Below, one piece after another: positions 40,810 to 50,875 of a DNA stretch of 64,000 nucleotides (position 1 is its first letter; each line of letters opens with the position of its first letter). Under the pieces are notes generated by a model. That model did not search any database and had not been told where the DNA came from. It saw nothing but the letters and a program-made list of their open reading frames with translations. This DNA comes from an uncultured Bdellovibrionales bacterium (GTDB taxonomy: Bacteria > Bdellovibrionota_C > UBA2361 > CAKMMH01), in the NCBI GenBank assembly GCA_964534945.1, contig CAZHSB010000001.1, positions 25,527 through 89,526 of the forward strand, read 5' to 3'. Both the position numbers and the translations under genes were made by a program.

Positions 40810-41685
40810 TTATCTTAGCAATATTGATACCGTTAATATCATTTCCAATGCCACGACTAAATTTCTAGCAAGAACAAAATTTCGTAAAAAATTATTGGAA
40901 TCTGCATGCACTATGTATTCTTTTAAATACCCATATAATTTTCTTACCATAGGCAATGTAAATACTATCAACAAAACCAAGGGAGAAATAAGCTTAAAAA
41001 GCATAAGAAGAATCATTATGACATAAGATAAAAAAATTAAGGAAAACAAAAAAAATAGAGCATTTTTTTTACTTCCAAATATTATTAATAATGTTCTTTT
41101 CTTCGACTCTTTATCAGAATCAAAGTCCATTAGCGCATGTGTATCTAGTAAAATAACTGTAAGGATTCCCACCAATACAGATACCAAAAGCAAAATAATT
41201 TCAAAATCAACTCCCATAACAAGACTTATCCCATAGAAAAGGCATGGACCGAACAAAAGGATAAGCGCGAATTCTCCTAAAGCATAATGATTTAATTTCG
41301 GATATAAAAGACAAAGAATTCCTGAAGATACACTTATTAAAATAATATTAATTCCAAATTTAAGTACAAAAAAAATCCCAATAAAAAAAGCAACTCCAAA
41401 ACAAATCGATAATATCAACAATATTTTATTTAACCCTACTTTCCCATCTTTAAAATAAACTCGTTTACAATCCTGTTTTGGAATCTCATTTTTGAAATCA
41501 ATATAATCATCATATAAATTCGTCCCCGCATGTGCTAATACGATCCCGATTAATGCAAGAATACCATAAAAAATATTTTCACTATCTTTAAAACACCAAC
41601 TGAAGACGACAAGCCAACTAAAAATGCTCATTGGAAGTGAGTATCCTCTTGAAGCCTTAAACCAAAAAATCAATTTATCGATCAT
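40810..41685 (-). CDS. UbiA-family prenyltransferase (MenA-like 1,4-dihydroxy-2-naphthoate polyprenyltransferase)
   Basis: Polytopic membrane protein with an NLYDDYIDF Asp-rich motif. Divergent from a polyprenyl synthase gene. Confidence 0.65.
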   Translation of the reverse strand: MIDKLIFWFKASRGYSLPMSIFSWLVVFSWCFKDSENIFYGILALIGIVLAHAGTNLYDDYIDFKNEIPKQDCKRVYFKDGKVGLNKILLILSICFGVAFFIGIFFVLKFGINIILISVSSGILCLLYPKLNHYALGEFALILLFGPCLFYGISLVMGVDFEIILLLVSVLVGILTVILLDTHALMDFDSDKESKKRTLLIIFGSKKNALFFLFSLIFLSYVIMILLMLFKLISPLVLLIVFTLPMVRKLYGYLKEYIVHADSNNFLRNFVLARNLVVALEMILTVSILLR

Positions 41686-41758
41686 TTAAATTATTCCTTC
41701 ATTTTTCCAAAATTTTTGTGCAATTGATTTAATAAGAAAATATACTTATTATTAGAAT

Positions 41759-42763
41759 ATGCAAGAAAACACAATCGAATTCCTATTTAAAAAATATAAT
41801 ATTGAACTTGAGCAAATATATGAAAATTTCAATTCAAGTTTTCATAAATCATCTTCTCTTTGTAATATTTCAAAATATCAAGTTTTCTCTGGAGGAAAAC
41901 GTATACGACCTTTAATTATTTTTGTTATAGCTAATCTTTTAAGGAACAACATTAATCAAAGTACTATAAATTTTGCAACTTGCGTAGAGCTATTACATAA
42001 TGCAACTTTAATACATGATGATGTAATTGATGATTCCGATTATAGACGCTCAAAAACAACCTTAAAAAAAGAATTTGGAATTTCAAAAGCTATTCTTTCT
42101 GGAGATTATCTTTTCGCATATGCATTCGACTATATTATTGAGCTTCCCAAGCCTCTTATTATCGAAACTCAAAAAACTGCATTGAAATTAATCGAAGGAG
42201 AATATGCAGAATTGGAAGTTAATCTAAAAAACTTATCTATCGATGACTCATTAAATATCATGCAACATAAAACTGCATCTCTTTTTTCTTTATCAACTTT
42301 CGGAAGCTATATTTTAAATCATGACAATATTAATAATGAAAATAATTTATTGGAAAATGATTTTAAAGAATTTGGGAAAAATATAGGAATGTGCTTCCAA
42401 ATTATGGATGATATCTTAGATATTTCCGTATCTAAAGAAATTTCTGGAAAACCTCAAGGAACAGATTTTATTGAAAAAAAACCATCAATAATCGTTACAT
42501 TATGGTTAAAAGAAAAAACAAGCTTATTTAACGATTTTATTAATGAAGATAAAAATATTTTTAACCTATTACCAGATATCCACAAAGAAGTTTTATCTTT
42601 AGGCATAATAAATAAAGCTTTGGTATATTTTGAAAAATATTATTCTTTATCAATTAAAAACTTAAATTCGTTAAAAATAAAATATCCCAATAATATCAAT
42701 CTGTTAGATTTGGAAAATTATTTAAAATATATCAAAGATAACGCCCTAAAAAATTTTTCGTAA
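41759..42763 (+). CDS. Polyprenyl diphosphate synthase (IspB/HepT-like trans-isoprenyl diphosphate synthase)
   Basis: First DDxxD-type motif (LIHDDVIDDSDYRR) and second (FQIMDDILD). Confidence 0.8.
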   Translation: MQENTIEFLFKKYNIELEQIYENFNSSFHKSSSLCNISKYQVFSGGKRIRPLIIFVIANLLRNNINQSTINFATCVELLHNATLIHDDVIDDSDYRRSKTTLKKEFGISKAILSGDYLFAYAFDYIIELPKPLIIETQKTALKLIEGEYAELEVNLKNLSIDDSLNIMQHKTASLFSLSTFGSYILNHDNINNENNLLENDFKEFGKNIGMCFQIMDDILDISVSKEISGKPQGTDFIEKKPSIIVTLWLKEKTSLFNDFINEDKNIFNLLPDIHKEVLSLGIINKALVYFEKYYSLSIKNLNSLKIKYPNNINLLDLENYLKYIKDNALKNFS

Positions 42764-43021
42764 AAAAACAAAAAAATATGCGACACTTTCTTTAATAATC
42801 CCCATAAGTGTTATTGTGAGCCAAGGCAATCCCTTCTTCACGGTTTTTCTTACTGATAATTTTCCATACATTAATTAAACGAAAACGCTTTTTTAAGTTA
42901 AAAAGATTTTTATTTTCTTGTTTTAATTTTTAAGAAGCATTTTTCTCGGTAAAAAGTTTTTCTTTAGGTTCTAAAAAAGTTTTATCAAAAAATTTTAACT
43001 TACTTTTTTAGGAGCTACACC

Positions 43022-43330
43022 ATGTCAAAATTATATCAACAAGATCCTGCTTACTTAACAGATAAAGGCTATGATCCAGTATGTGAACTTATGAGGGCAA
43101 TCATTCTTAGAGCAGTTGAAGACTACAATGCAGGTGGCGATTACAGAAAAGAAGCTGTAGATTATATGTTCGATAAGACTGGTGATAAGATTTTTTATGA
43201 AAACGAAGATGATCAATATATTTTTTCATTCTCATCAATATGCAAACATTTGGATTTAGATCCTGCAAAGACAAGATTTGCAATAATGAATGCTGATCAT
43301 AAAATTAGTACGAGACGTAGAACTATCTAA
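43022..43330 (+). CDS. Small hypothetical protein, paralog of 8317..8607 (unassigned family)
   Basis: AGGAG RBS. Shares L..A.L.RA..D...G.D..KEA and FSF..IC..LDLD....AI with the 8317 ORF. Confidence 0.55.
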   Translation: MSKLYQQDPAYLTDKGYDPVCELMRAIILRAVEDYNAGGDYRKEAVDYMFDKTGDKIFYENEDDQYIFSFSSICKHLDLDPAKTRFAIMNADHKISTRRRTI

Positions 43331-43364
43331 TTTTTGTTTTATCAGCAATAAATCATAAAATGGA

Positions 43365-43399
43365 CAGGGGGAGAATTGCATGGCTAAAAAATCCCCCTG
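43365..43399. terminator. 8-bp GC-rich stem hairpin (CAGGGGGA...TCCCCCTG) between convergent genes; putative bidirectional terminator
   Basis: Read directly from the sequence. Sits between the small ORF (+) and the cysA-like gene (-). Confidence 0.5.
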
Positions 43400-43472
43400 C
43401 TTGTTTTCTCCAAATTCTCATCAAAAATTTCAATCTAAAATTAAACAAAAGTAGGAAAAAATAAAAATTTTC

Positions 43473-45353
43473 TTAAATTGAAGGAACTATTAGGACACTG
43501 CTTGTGGTATGAGTTACAATCTCCTTTAGTAAATCAAAAACCTCCTTTTCATGTGAAAGAGGAACTCCAATAACTACTAAAGATATATCATCTTTGTTTA
43601 CTTTATTTAAAATTTCACTCATAAAATCTCCATTTTCAACACAAGAAATACAATTTAACTTATAAGATTCAAATAATAGTGAAGATTTCATAAGATAACG
43701 ATTCATTCGTTCTCTTTCTTCCTTTAATTTTGTATTTAATACATGAAAAAGTGTAACTTCGTTTCTTAAATGCCGTGCAATTCTTGCCCCAAATCTTATA
43801 ACTGTTTTCCCAGGCTCTCCTCCTGCCGTACAAATTAACATTTTATCTAACCTTAAGGTTCGAAAGTTAGAAATTAAAACAGGAACTCCTGCAGATACCA
43901 AAAGCTTTTTTGTTAAAAAACTTAATTTCGAAATTTCCTGTATATTATTATTTTGCGGAGCATCAACTAAAGAAACATCATAATACCCTTCCTGAACTTC
44001 TCTAACAAATTCTTTTATTAATTTTCCACTTCTTATTTTAGTATCAAAATGAAATAAATGACCTACACTTATCTTATCTTGTATCTTTTTTAAATTTTTT
44101 TGGACTTCCTCTAAAGCTTCTCCTCTCACACATGAATGAAATAAACTTAAAACTCCATGCGATGATAATGCAAGCTCTTTTCCTAAGGTCAATGCACCAT
44201 CTTGTTTTTCAAAATCATTCACTAGTGTAATAAATTTTAAAGCACTTGGTTCTAAAACATGATAAGAAGATAATGCTAAATATTGTTTTTTTCCAATCTC
44301 AACATCATTTTTAATATTCAATGAAATATCACTCGGTTCGCTACAAGCAACGTTGGCAAAACGTTGCCCATAAGAAAGTGCGGGCATTACAGGCCTTGTT
44401 CCCAAAAAAGTTTCAAGCTCAAAACAAAGCCTATTTATTGCACCTGAAAACCTAATTTCTTTTAATGTTCCCTCGCCTATCGGATAACAATCTTTAAATG
44501 GTACATCTTGATGCTTTACCATTTCTGGCCTAAACAAAAGCCTAACAGGTGCTCCCTCCTCATGCAAAGGTGCATCTTGTGGAAAAGGAAGTCTTTGTGT
44601 TCCAAGTCTTATTTCTCCACCTTCAGCCCTGCCAACAACTACATTTCCAGCTCCTAAAAATTTTGCAACAAATTCCTTTTTTGGTTTGTAATAAAGATTT
44701 TTGGGCGTTCCAACCTCTACTAAAATTCCTTTTTCCAAAACTCCTATTCTATCTCCAAGCTCAAAAGCTTCCTCTTGATCATGCGTAACTAAAATCGTAG
44801 TTACCTTTAATTCTCTTTGAATCTCTTTTAAAGAACATCTAAGCTGACTTCTTATCTCCGCATCAAGTGCCCCAAAGGGCTCATCTAATAACAACACTGC
44901 AGGCTCATATGCTAAAGCTCTTGCAAGTGCCACACGTTGTCTTTGCCCACCAGAGAGTTCATTTGGAAATCTCGTTCCAAGTCCACTAAGCCCTACAAGA
45001 TCAAGAAGCATTTGAGAACGACGATAACGTTCTTTCCTTTTTACTTTTCTAATTTTTAAGCCAAACTCTATATTGTCAACAACAGACATATTTCTAAAAA
45101 TCGCATAATTTTGAAATACAAATCCAGCATCCCTTTTCTGTGGAGAAAAATTAGTAACATCTTTACCATTTAAAAAGACCGCCCCCTCATCAGGATAAAG
45201 AAGCCCTGCGATAATTCTTAAAATTGTACTTTTTCCACTTCCACTACTTCCTAATAAGACAAAAAGTTCGCCATCATTAACAGTTAAATTAAGCTTATTT
45301 ACGACTAAATGCTCGTTAAACCCTTTTACTATATTTTCTAAAATTATTGCCAT
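43473..45353 (-). CDS. cysA: Sulfate/molybdate-type ABC transporter ATP-binding protein (CysA-like) fused to a TOBE-like domain and two C-terminal universal stress protein (UspA) domains
   Basis: Walker A GSSGSGKST, signature LSGGQRQR, Walker B LLLDEP. C-terminal 270 aa show two USP-like repeats (LICTAGGEPG...VTLFHV...ISLVVIGV...SVLIVP). Confidence 0.7.
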   Translation of the reverse strand: MAIILENIVKGFNEHLVVNKLNLTVNDGELFVLLGSSGSGKSTILRIIAGLLYPDEGAVFLNGKDVTNFSPQKRDAGFVFQNYAIFRNMSVVDNIEFGLKIRKVKRKERYRRSQMLLDLVGLSGLGTRFPNELSGGQRQRVALARALAYEPAVLLLDEPFGALDAEIRSQLRCSLKEIQRELKVTTILVTHDQEEAFELGDRIGVLEKGILVEVGTPKNLYYKPKKEFVAKFLGAGNVVVGRAEGGEIRLGTQRLPFPQDAPLHEEGAPVRLLFRPEMVKHQDVPFKDCYPIGEGTLKEIRFSGAINRLCFELETFLGTRPVMPALSYGQRFANVACSEPSDISLNIKNDVEIGKKQYLALSSYHVLEPSALKFITLVNDFEKQDGALTLGKELALSSHGVLSLFHSCVRGEALEEVQKNLKKIQDKISVGHLFHFDTKIRSGKLIKEFVREVQEGYYDVSLVDAPQNNNIQEISKLSFLTKKLLVSAGVPVLISNFRTLRLDKMLICTAGGEPGKTVIRFGARIARHLRNEVTLFHVLNTKLKEERERMNRYLMKSSLLFESYKLNCISCVENGDFMSEILNKVNKDDISLVVIGVPLSHEKEVFDLLKEIVTHTTSSVLIVPSI

Positions 45354-45386
45354 TTATTCCTCTTAATTTTATTTCTGCCATTTTAT

Positions 45387-46235
45387 TTAGGCTTTCTTAT
45401 ATTTCCATTCAATAATGCTTTTTAATATAAGTGTAAGGACAGCTAACAATGCTAAAAGTGACGATACAGCAAATGCCGCCGTAAAATTATATTCATTATA
45501 TAAAACCTCAACTTGTAACGGCATCGTATTAGTAACTCCCCTAATATGACCTGATACAACAGAAACAGCGCCGAATTCTCCCATAGCTCTTGCATTACAT
45601 AAAATAAGACCATACAAGAGTCCCCATTTCACATTAGGTAGCGTTATTGATATAAAAGTCCTAAGACCACTTGCTCCCATCGTAAGCGCCGCTTCTTCTT
45701 CATGGTACCCTTGTTCTTGCATAAGAGGTATAAGCTCCCTTGCTACATAAGGAAGCGTTACGAAAATTGTAGCAAGCAAAATTCCTGGAAAAGCAAAAAC
45801 TATTTTGATATCAAAATAATTAAGAATCGGCGCAAAAAACCCATGCGATCCATATAGCAAAATAAACATCATTCCTGCGATAACAGGAGAAACCGCCAGC
45901 GGTATTTCAATAAGCGTTAAAAGTACTTGTTTTCCAAAAAATCTAAATCTTGTAATAAGCCAAGAAGCAATAAGCCCAAAAATTAAATTAACAGGCACCG
46001 CGATTAAGGCTACAAACAACGTTAATTTTATCGAGGCTAGTGCATCAGGATCTTTTATAGATGCCATATAAGTATCAAATCCCTTTGCAAATGCCCCTGC
46101 AAAAACTGCAAAAAGAGGAATCACTAAAAACATAAAAAGAAATACTAATGCTATGGCAATTAGAAACCACCTGCCGATTCTTACCATAAATGGAATATTT
46201 TTTTCTTCTGTTACATTAAAAATATTTCTTACCAT
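45387..46235 (-). CDS. cysW: Sulfate ABC transporter permease CysW
   Basis: Six-TM ABC permease with an EAA-like loop, in a cysT-cysW-cysA arrangement. Confidence 0.8.
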   Translation of the reverse strand: MVRNIFNVTEEKNIPFMVRIGRWFLIAIALVFLFMFLVIPLFAVFAGAFAKGFDTYMASIKDPDALASIKLTLFVALIAVPVNLIFGLIASWLITRFRFFGKQVLLTLIEIPLAVSPVIAGMMFILLYGSHGFFAPILNYFDIKIVFAFPGILLATIFVTLPYVARELIPLMQEQGYHEEEAALTMGASGLRTFISITLPNVKWGLLYGLILCNARAMGEFGAVSVVSGHIRGVTNTMPLQVEVLYNEYNFTAAFAVSSLLALLAVLTLILKSIIEWKYKKA

Positions 46236-46242
46236 TCTTTAT

Positions 46243-47109
46243 TTATTTTCCATATCTCTTACTTGTAAAAAAACTTATAAAATTTACACTTAACATTAGG
46301 ACAAATGAAACACAAAGCATAACTATCGCATATGATGTCGCGCCAAGATAATCATATTGCTCTAATCTCGTCATAATCAAAAGTGGTACTATTTCCGTTT
46401 TCATCGGCATATTTCCAGATATAAAAACAACAGATCCATATTCTCCTAATGATCTTGCAAATGCTAAAGAAAAACCTGTAAAAATAGCAGGCCACAAATT
46501 CGGTAAAATTATTTTAAAAAAAATCACAAATCTACTTGCTCCCATACAAGCTGCCGCTTGCTCAAGTTCGGGTTCTAAATCTGCCAAAACTGGTTGGATA
46601 GTTCTAACAACAAAAGGTAAACTTATAAAAATAAGAGCAAAGATAACCCCAAGCTCTGTGAACGCAACTTTTATTCCTACCTTACCAAGCAACATTCCTA
46701 AATAACCACTGTACCAAGTCGCGCTATCTTTTACGACAGGAATCGCATATAAACTTGTTAGCATAATACCTGCAACCGCCGTCGGTAATGCAAAGGGAAG
46801 ATCTACAAGCGCGTCAATAAATTTTTTTCCAAAAAATTTATATCTTACCAACACCCAAGCAACTAAGAATCCAAAAAATGAATTCACAATCCCCGCGACA
46901 AGCGATGCGCCAAAACTTAATTTATAGGAAGCTATCGCACGCGGAGAAAGAATAATTTCCCAAAATTTTGAAAAAGTTAAATCAGATGCTTTTAAAATAA
47001 GCATAGAAAGCGGGAGCAAAACAAAAAAGCTAATATAAATTAGAGTAAACCCCATAGTAATTCCAAATCCAGGGAGCGTATTATGTTTTTTTATTTTCCT
47101 ACTTTGCAA
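46243..47109 (-). CDS. cysT: Sulfate ABC transporter permease CysT
   Basis: Six-TM ABC permease paralogous to the downstream permease; cys operon order. Confidence 0.8.
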   Translation of the reverse strand: MQSRKIKKHNTLPGFGITMGFTLIYISFFVLLPLSMLILKASDLTFSKFWEIILSPRAIASYKLSFGASLVAGIVNSFFGFLVAWVLVRYKFFGKKFIDALVDLPFALPTAVAGIMLTSLYAIPVVKDSATWYSGYLGMLLGKVGIKVAFTELGVIFALIFISLPFVVRTIQPVLADLEPELEQAAACMGASRFVIFFKIILPNLWPAIFTGFSLAFARSLGEYGSVVFISGNMPMKTEIVPLLIMTRLEQYDYLGATSYAIVMLCVSFVLMLSVNFISFFTSKRYGK

Positions 47110-47225
47110 AGAATATTTTCTCCTTAAAAATCCATTGAAAGAAAAACCCTTGATATTATAAAGTTATATAAAAAAATAACAACCAACGATAAAGAAATAT
47201 GAGTTTATTTTTTTTGAATCTTATA

Positions 47226-48188
47226 TTAGAAAAAACTAATAATATTATCTTCCGTGTCTATATTAGCCTTACCACCAATTGGAATTGTGAACAATGGATC
47301 TGTGTGACCAAAATCTAAATTATAGATAATCGGTATTGTTAAGTCTCTAAAAAGATCATCATAAATCAATGTTTCGGGATCATCTCTAGAAAATTTAGAA
47401 TCAGAGCTAAATCTTCCGATACAAATTCCTAACAATGTTTTTAAATCTATCACTTGCGATAAATGCGTAAAAAATCTATGAACCATCATAGTGTTAACAT
47501 CTTCGCATTCCTCTAAAAAAAGAATTTTATTAGATAAATCTGGAAAATATTTTGTCCCCGCAAGCACCATTAGTGTTTGTAAGTTAGAAGCAATGACATC
47601 TCCTGAAGCCTTTCCATGTTTATAAATCTTTCTTCCCTCATTTTTTTTCATAATACGATGATTAGAATCTTTTCTTAAGAAATAAAGATCATCTGCAAAA
47701 TACGGCGAGTCATCTATTTTGCAAGGCCTTTTATCAATAACTACATCATTAAAATATTTCAAACTATATTCAAATGGATCAGGCTTATCAAACGTAATTC
47801 CGCAAGGCCCCATAAAAGTTTTTATATTAGCAAATTTATGCACAGCCAAAAGTAATGCTGACGTATCTGAATATCCAATAATCGGTTTTGGATATTTTCT
47901 AAACATTTCATAATCTAGATAAGGAAGTATTTGATTTGTATTCGCCCCTCCCCAATATGACATCAAAATATCGATTGAAGGATCTTCCAACATTTTATAA
48001 ATAGCATTTACCCTCTCATCAATACTACCCGCCACATGCCCAAAAATTTTTGTAACTTGCGGATGTTCATAAATCTCAAAGCCATTCTTTTTTAGATATG
48101 AATATCTACATTTTTCGTCTCCCTGAACTGGAAGTGACGTTGAAAAAATCCCTATTTTTACTTTTTTTGCATCACTTTTTCTGCTCAT
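47226..48188 (-). CDS. ldcA: LD-carboxypeptidase (peptidase S66, LdcA-like)
   Basis: GYSDTSAL nucleophile motif and a downstream FGH His. S66-like full length. Confidence 0.7.
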   Translation of the reverse strand: MSRKSDAKKVKIGIFSTSLPVQGDEKCRYSYLKKNGFEIYEHPQVTKIFGHVAGSIDERVNAIYKMLEDPSIDILMSYWGGANTNQILPYLDYEMFRKYPKPIIGYSDTSALLLAVHKFANIKTFMGPCGITFDKPDPFEYSLKYFNDVVIDKRPCKIDDSPYFADDLYFLRKDSNHRIMKKNEGRKIYKHGKASGDVIASNLQTLMVLAGTKYFPDLSNKILFLEECEDVNTMMVHRFFTHLSQVIDLKTLLGICIGRFSSDSKFSRDDPETLIYDDLFRDLTIPIIYNLDFGHTDPLFTIPIGGKANIDTEDNIISFF

Positions 48189-48193
48189 GAGCT

Positions 48194-49201
48194 CTATTCA
48201 TAAAATTTATCGAATATTGCGCCCTCGTCAAAATGTTTTTCTTGCGCTTTTTGCCAACCGCCGAACATTTCGTCATCAATTGTTAATAAATTCAATTTTG
48301 GAAAACGAGAATTATATTTTTTCTGCATTGACTCCATGCGTGGTCGATAATACCACTTACCAGCTAAATCTTGTCCTGTTTCGCTATATAAAAATTTTAA
48401 ATAACTTTCTGCTATTTTCCTTGTTCCATGCTTTTCAACATTTTTATCAACTAATGAAACTGTTGGCTCTGCCAAGATACTAATTGATGGCGTAACAACC
48501 TCAAACTCTCCTTTGCCTAATTCTTTCATTGCCAAAAATGCTTCATTTTCCCAAGTAACAAGAACGTCTCCGATTCCTCTTTGAACAAAAGTAATCGTTG
48601 ATCCCCTTGCACCTGTATCTAATACAGGAACATTTTTAAAAAGCTTTTTTACAAACTCTTTTGCCTTTTCCTCTGAATTATTATTATGTTTCATTGCATA
48701 TCCCCAAGCCGCCAAATAATTCCATCTAGCGCCACCTGACGTTTTTGGATTTGGAGTTATAACTTGAATACCATCTTTTACAAGGCTATCCCAATCAGTT
48801 ATCTTTTTAGGATTTCCTTTTCTAACTAAGAAAACAATCGTTGATGTATAAGGAGCACTATTTTGTGGAAGCCTCGTCTGCCAATCTAATGGCATAAGCT
48901 GTGCCCTTTTTGCAATCTCATCAATATCAAGCGCTAATGCCAATGTTACTACATCAGCTTCTAATCCATCGATAACCGCCCTTGCCTGTTTTCCAGACCC
49001 CGCATGAGATTGTCTAACTTGGATAGTCTCTTTATTTTCTTTTTCATAAAATTTAACAAATTCCTTATTAAATTCTTGATAAAATTCTCGCGTTGGATCG
49101 TAAGAAACATTTAAAATAATATTTTCCTTTGCGCTTACAAAAGAAGAATAAAGTAAAATAACACTTCCTAAAAAAACTAATTTTAAATTCAAGACTTTCA
49201 T
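48194..49201 (-). CDS. sbp: Sulfate/thiosulfate ABC transporter substrate-binding protein
   Basis: Signal peptide followed by an Sbp/CysP-like periplasmic binding protein. Upstream of the cys permeases. Confidence 0.8.
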   Translation of the reverse strand: MKVLNLKLVFLGSVILLYSSFVSAKENIILNVSYDPTREFYQEFNKEFVKFYEKENKETIQVRQSHAGSGKQARAVIDGLEADVVTLALALDIDEIAKRAQLMPLDWQTRLPQNSAPYTSTIVFLVRKGNPKKITDWDSLVKDGIQVITPNPKTSGGARWNYLAAWGYAMKHNNNSEEKAKEFVKKLFKNVPVLDTGARGSTITFVQRGIGDVLVTWENEAFLAMKELGKGEFEVVTPSISILAEPTVSLVDKNVEKHGTRKIAESYLKFLYSETGQDLAGKWYYRPRMESMQKKYNSRFPKLNLLTIDDEMFGGWQKAQEKHFDEGAIFDKFYE

Positions 49202-49249
49202 TTTTCCTCTTAAAAAATAATTTTTATAATTATGTAAAGAATACTGGAC

Positions 49250-49858
49250 CTACTTGTTCTCTTTACATTTTACGATGATTTTATCATCTACTAAATTCAT
49301 ACTATCAACCTTTTCAAAATATTTTTTAGTATTATCTTGCAACGTTATTTTCTGCCAATCTTTTAAAAAAGGTATCTGTTTCGAATTAAAATCAATAATA
49401 TTTGTCTTTAACTCAATTTCATTTGGGAATTTAGAATCAAAACGAGTTTCAAAATTTAATATCCCATTTAAAAATTTACCTTGAAAAATCTTTGTATTTA
49501 ATAAATTAATTAATGGTATTGAAAAAGATACATCAATTTTGGAATCTTTTATATTTCCATAAATCCATTTTGTAAGCACAATTTTGTCATCAATATCTTT
49601 TATAAATAGATTTATCTCTTCTCCCTTAATGACATATTCGCCATCACAAATCCCCGATTTTAAATTATTTAAAAATATGTCAAAAGAACGTCTTTTTTTA
49701 AGAAACTCATCTTCTGGGATACTAATACTTTGGACCTCCACAGGAGAATTTGATGCAAGGCTAATGACATAATTTGTAAATTTCTTATAAGAATAATATG
49801 AAGCTCCTGCAAAAATTAAAAATACGATACAAAGTATAATTAAGATTTTTTTCCCCAT
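49250..49858 (-). CDS. Hypothetical membrane-anchored protein
   Basis: 202 aa, N-terminal TM helix, no recognisable family. Confidence 0.4.
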   Translation of the reverse strand: MGKKILIILCIVFLIFAGASYYSYKKFTNYVISLASNSPVEVQSISIPEDEFLKKRRSFDIFLNNLKSGICDGEYVIKGEEINLFIKDIDDKIVLTKWIYGNIKDSKIDVSFSIPLINLLNTKIFQGKFLNGILNFETRFDSKFPNEIELKTNIIDFNSKQIPFLKDWQKITLQDNTKKYFEKVDSMNLVDDKIIVKCKENK

Positions 49859-50875
49859 TTAATTTTTCTCCATTAAAATATTTTCTAAAAAACTATCCTT
49901 ACCAATAACGTCCATTCTGATTTTAGCAAAGTAACACTGTTTTTGCCATACATCATCTAGCTTGACAAAATCTTTTTCTGTACAAACAACGCTACAATTA
50001 TTTTCATGTGCATACTTAAAGATTTTTTTTAAATCTTTTTCTGATATCACTTTATGATCTAAAAATTTATATGTCTTTAAAATTTTTAGTCCTTTATTTT
50101 CTAATGTATTAAGAAAACTTTGCGGCTTTGATATGGCGCAAAATGCCACGATTTCTTTTTCAATATCTATGACTTTATACTCATAATCTACTATTTCTAC
50201 TTTATTTACGAACCCCTCATATAAAGGTATGTTTTTAGGCAAAACTTTCTTTAAAATATTTATTTCCTCTCTTTTTTGAGAATATACACCTCTATAATTT
50301 AGTACTATAATATCAGTTCTTTTTAATACGTCTTTAACGCTTTCTCTTAAAAAACCTCTTGGAATCAATCTATTTGATAAAATATCTTCAACTGATTTTT
50401 TTGTACTAACATCTATTGATAAAATATCTATATCCCGCGCCACACATCTATGTTGCATTGCATCATCTAGTAAAATAATGTCTGCTTTATCCTTTAACGC
50501 CTTTATTCCCAATGTTCTTTTAGGAGATATAACAACAGGGCATTTCACATTTTTATAAATCATATATGGCTCATCACCTATCAGATCAGATGAATCTTTA
50601 TCTTCAATAAGATGAAAACCTTTTTTTATTTTTGATTTATATCCTCTTGTTACAACCGCTACTTTCTTATTTTTCTTTTTTAGCTCCTCCAATAAAAAAA
50701 TGACAAGTGGTGTTTTTCCACTTCCGCCAAGAGAAACATTTCCAACACTAATTATCTTTTTATCTAAAAACTTTTTTGTTTTTAAAATTGAACTATCATA
50801 AAGCCTATTTCTAATATGTGTAATTAGGAAATAAATAAATTCAATTGGTAATAATAAAATTTTTAAATATTTCAT
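49859..50875 (-). CDS. lpxK: Tetraacyldisaccharide 4'-kinase
   Basis: P-loop VGNVSLGGSGKTP and LpxK-like length. Confidence 0.85.
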   Translation of the reverse strand: MKYLKILLLPIEFIYFLITHIRNRLYDSSILKTKKFLDKKIISVGNVSLGGSGKTPLVIFLLEELKKKNKKVAVVTRGYKSKIKKGFHLIEDKDSSDLIGDEPYMIYKNVKCPVVISPKRTLGIKALKDKADIILLDDAMQHRCVARDIDILSIDVSTKKSVEDILSNRLIPRGFLRESVKDVLKRTDIIVLNYRGVYSQKREEINILKKVLPKNIPLYEGFVNKVEIVDYEYKVIDIEKEIVAFCAISKPQSFLNTLENKGLKILKTYKFLDHKVISEKDLKKIFKYAHENNCSVVCTEKDFVKLDDVWQKQCYFAKIRMDVIGKDSFLENILMEKN

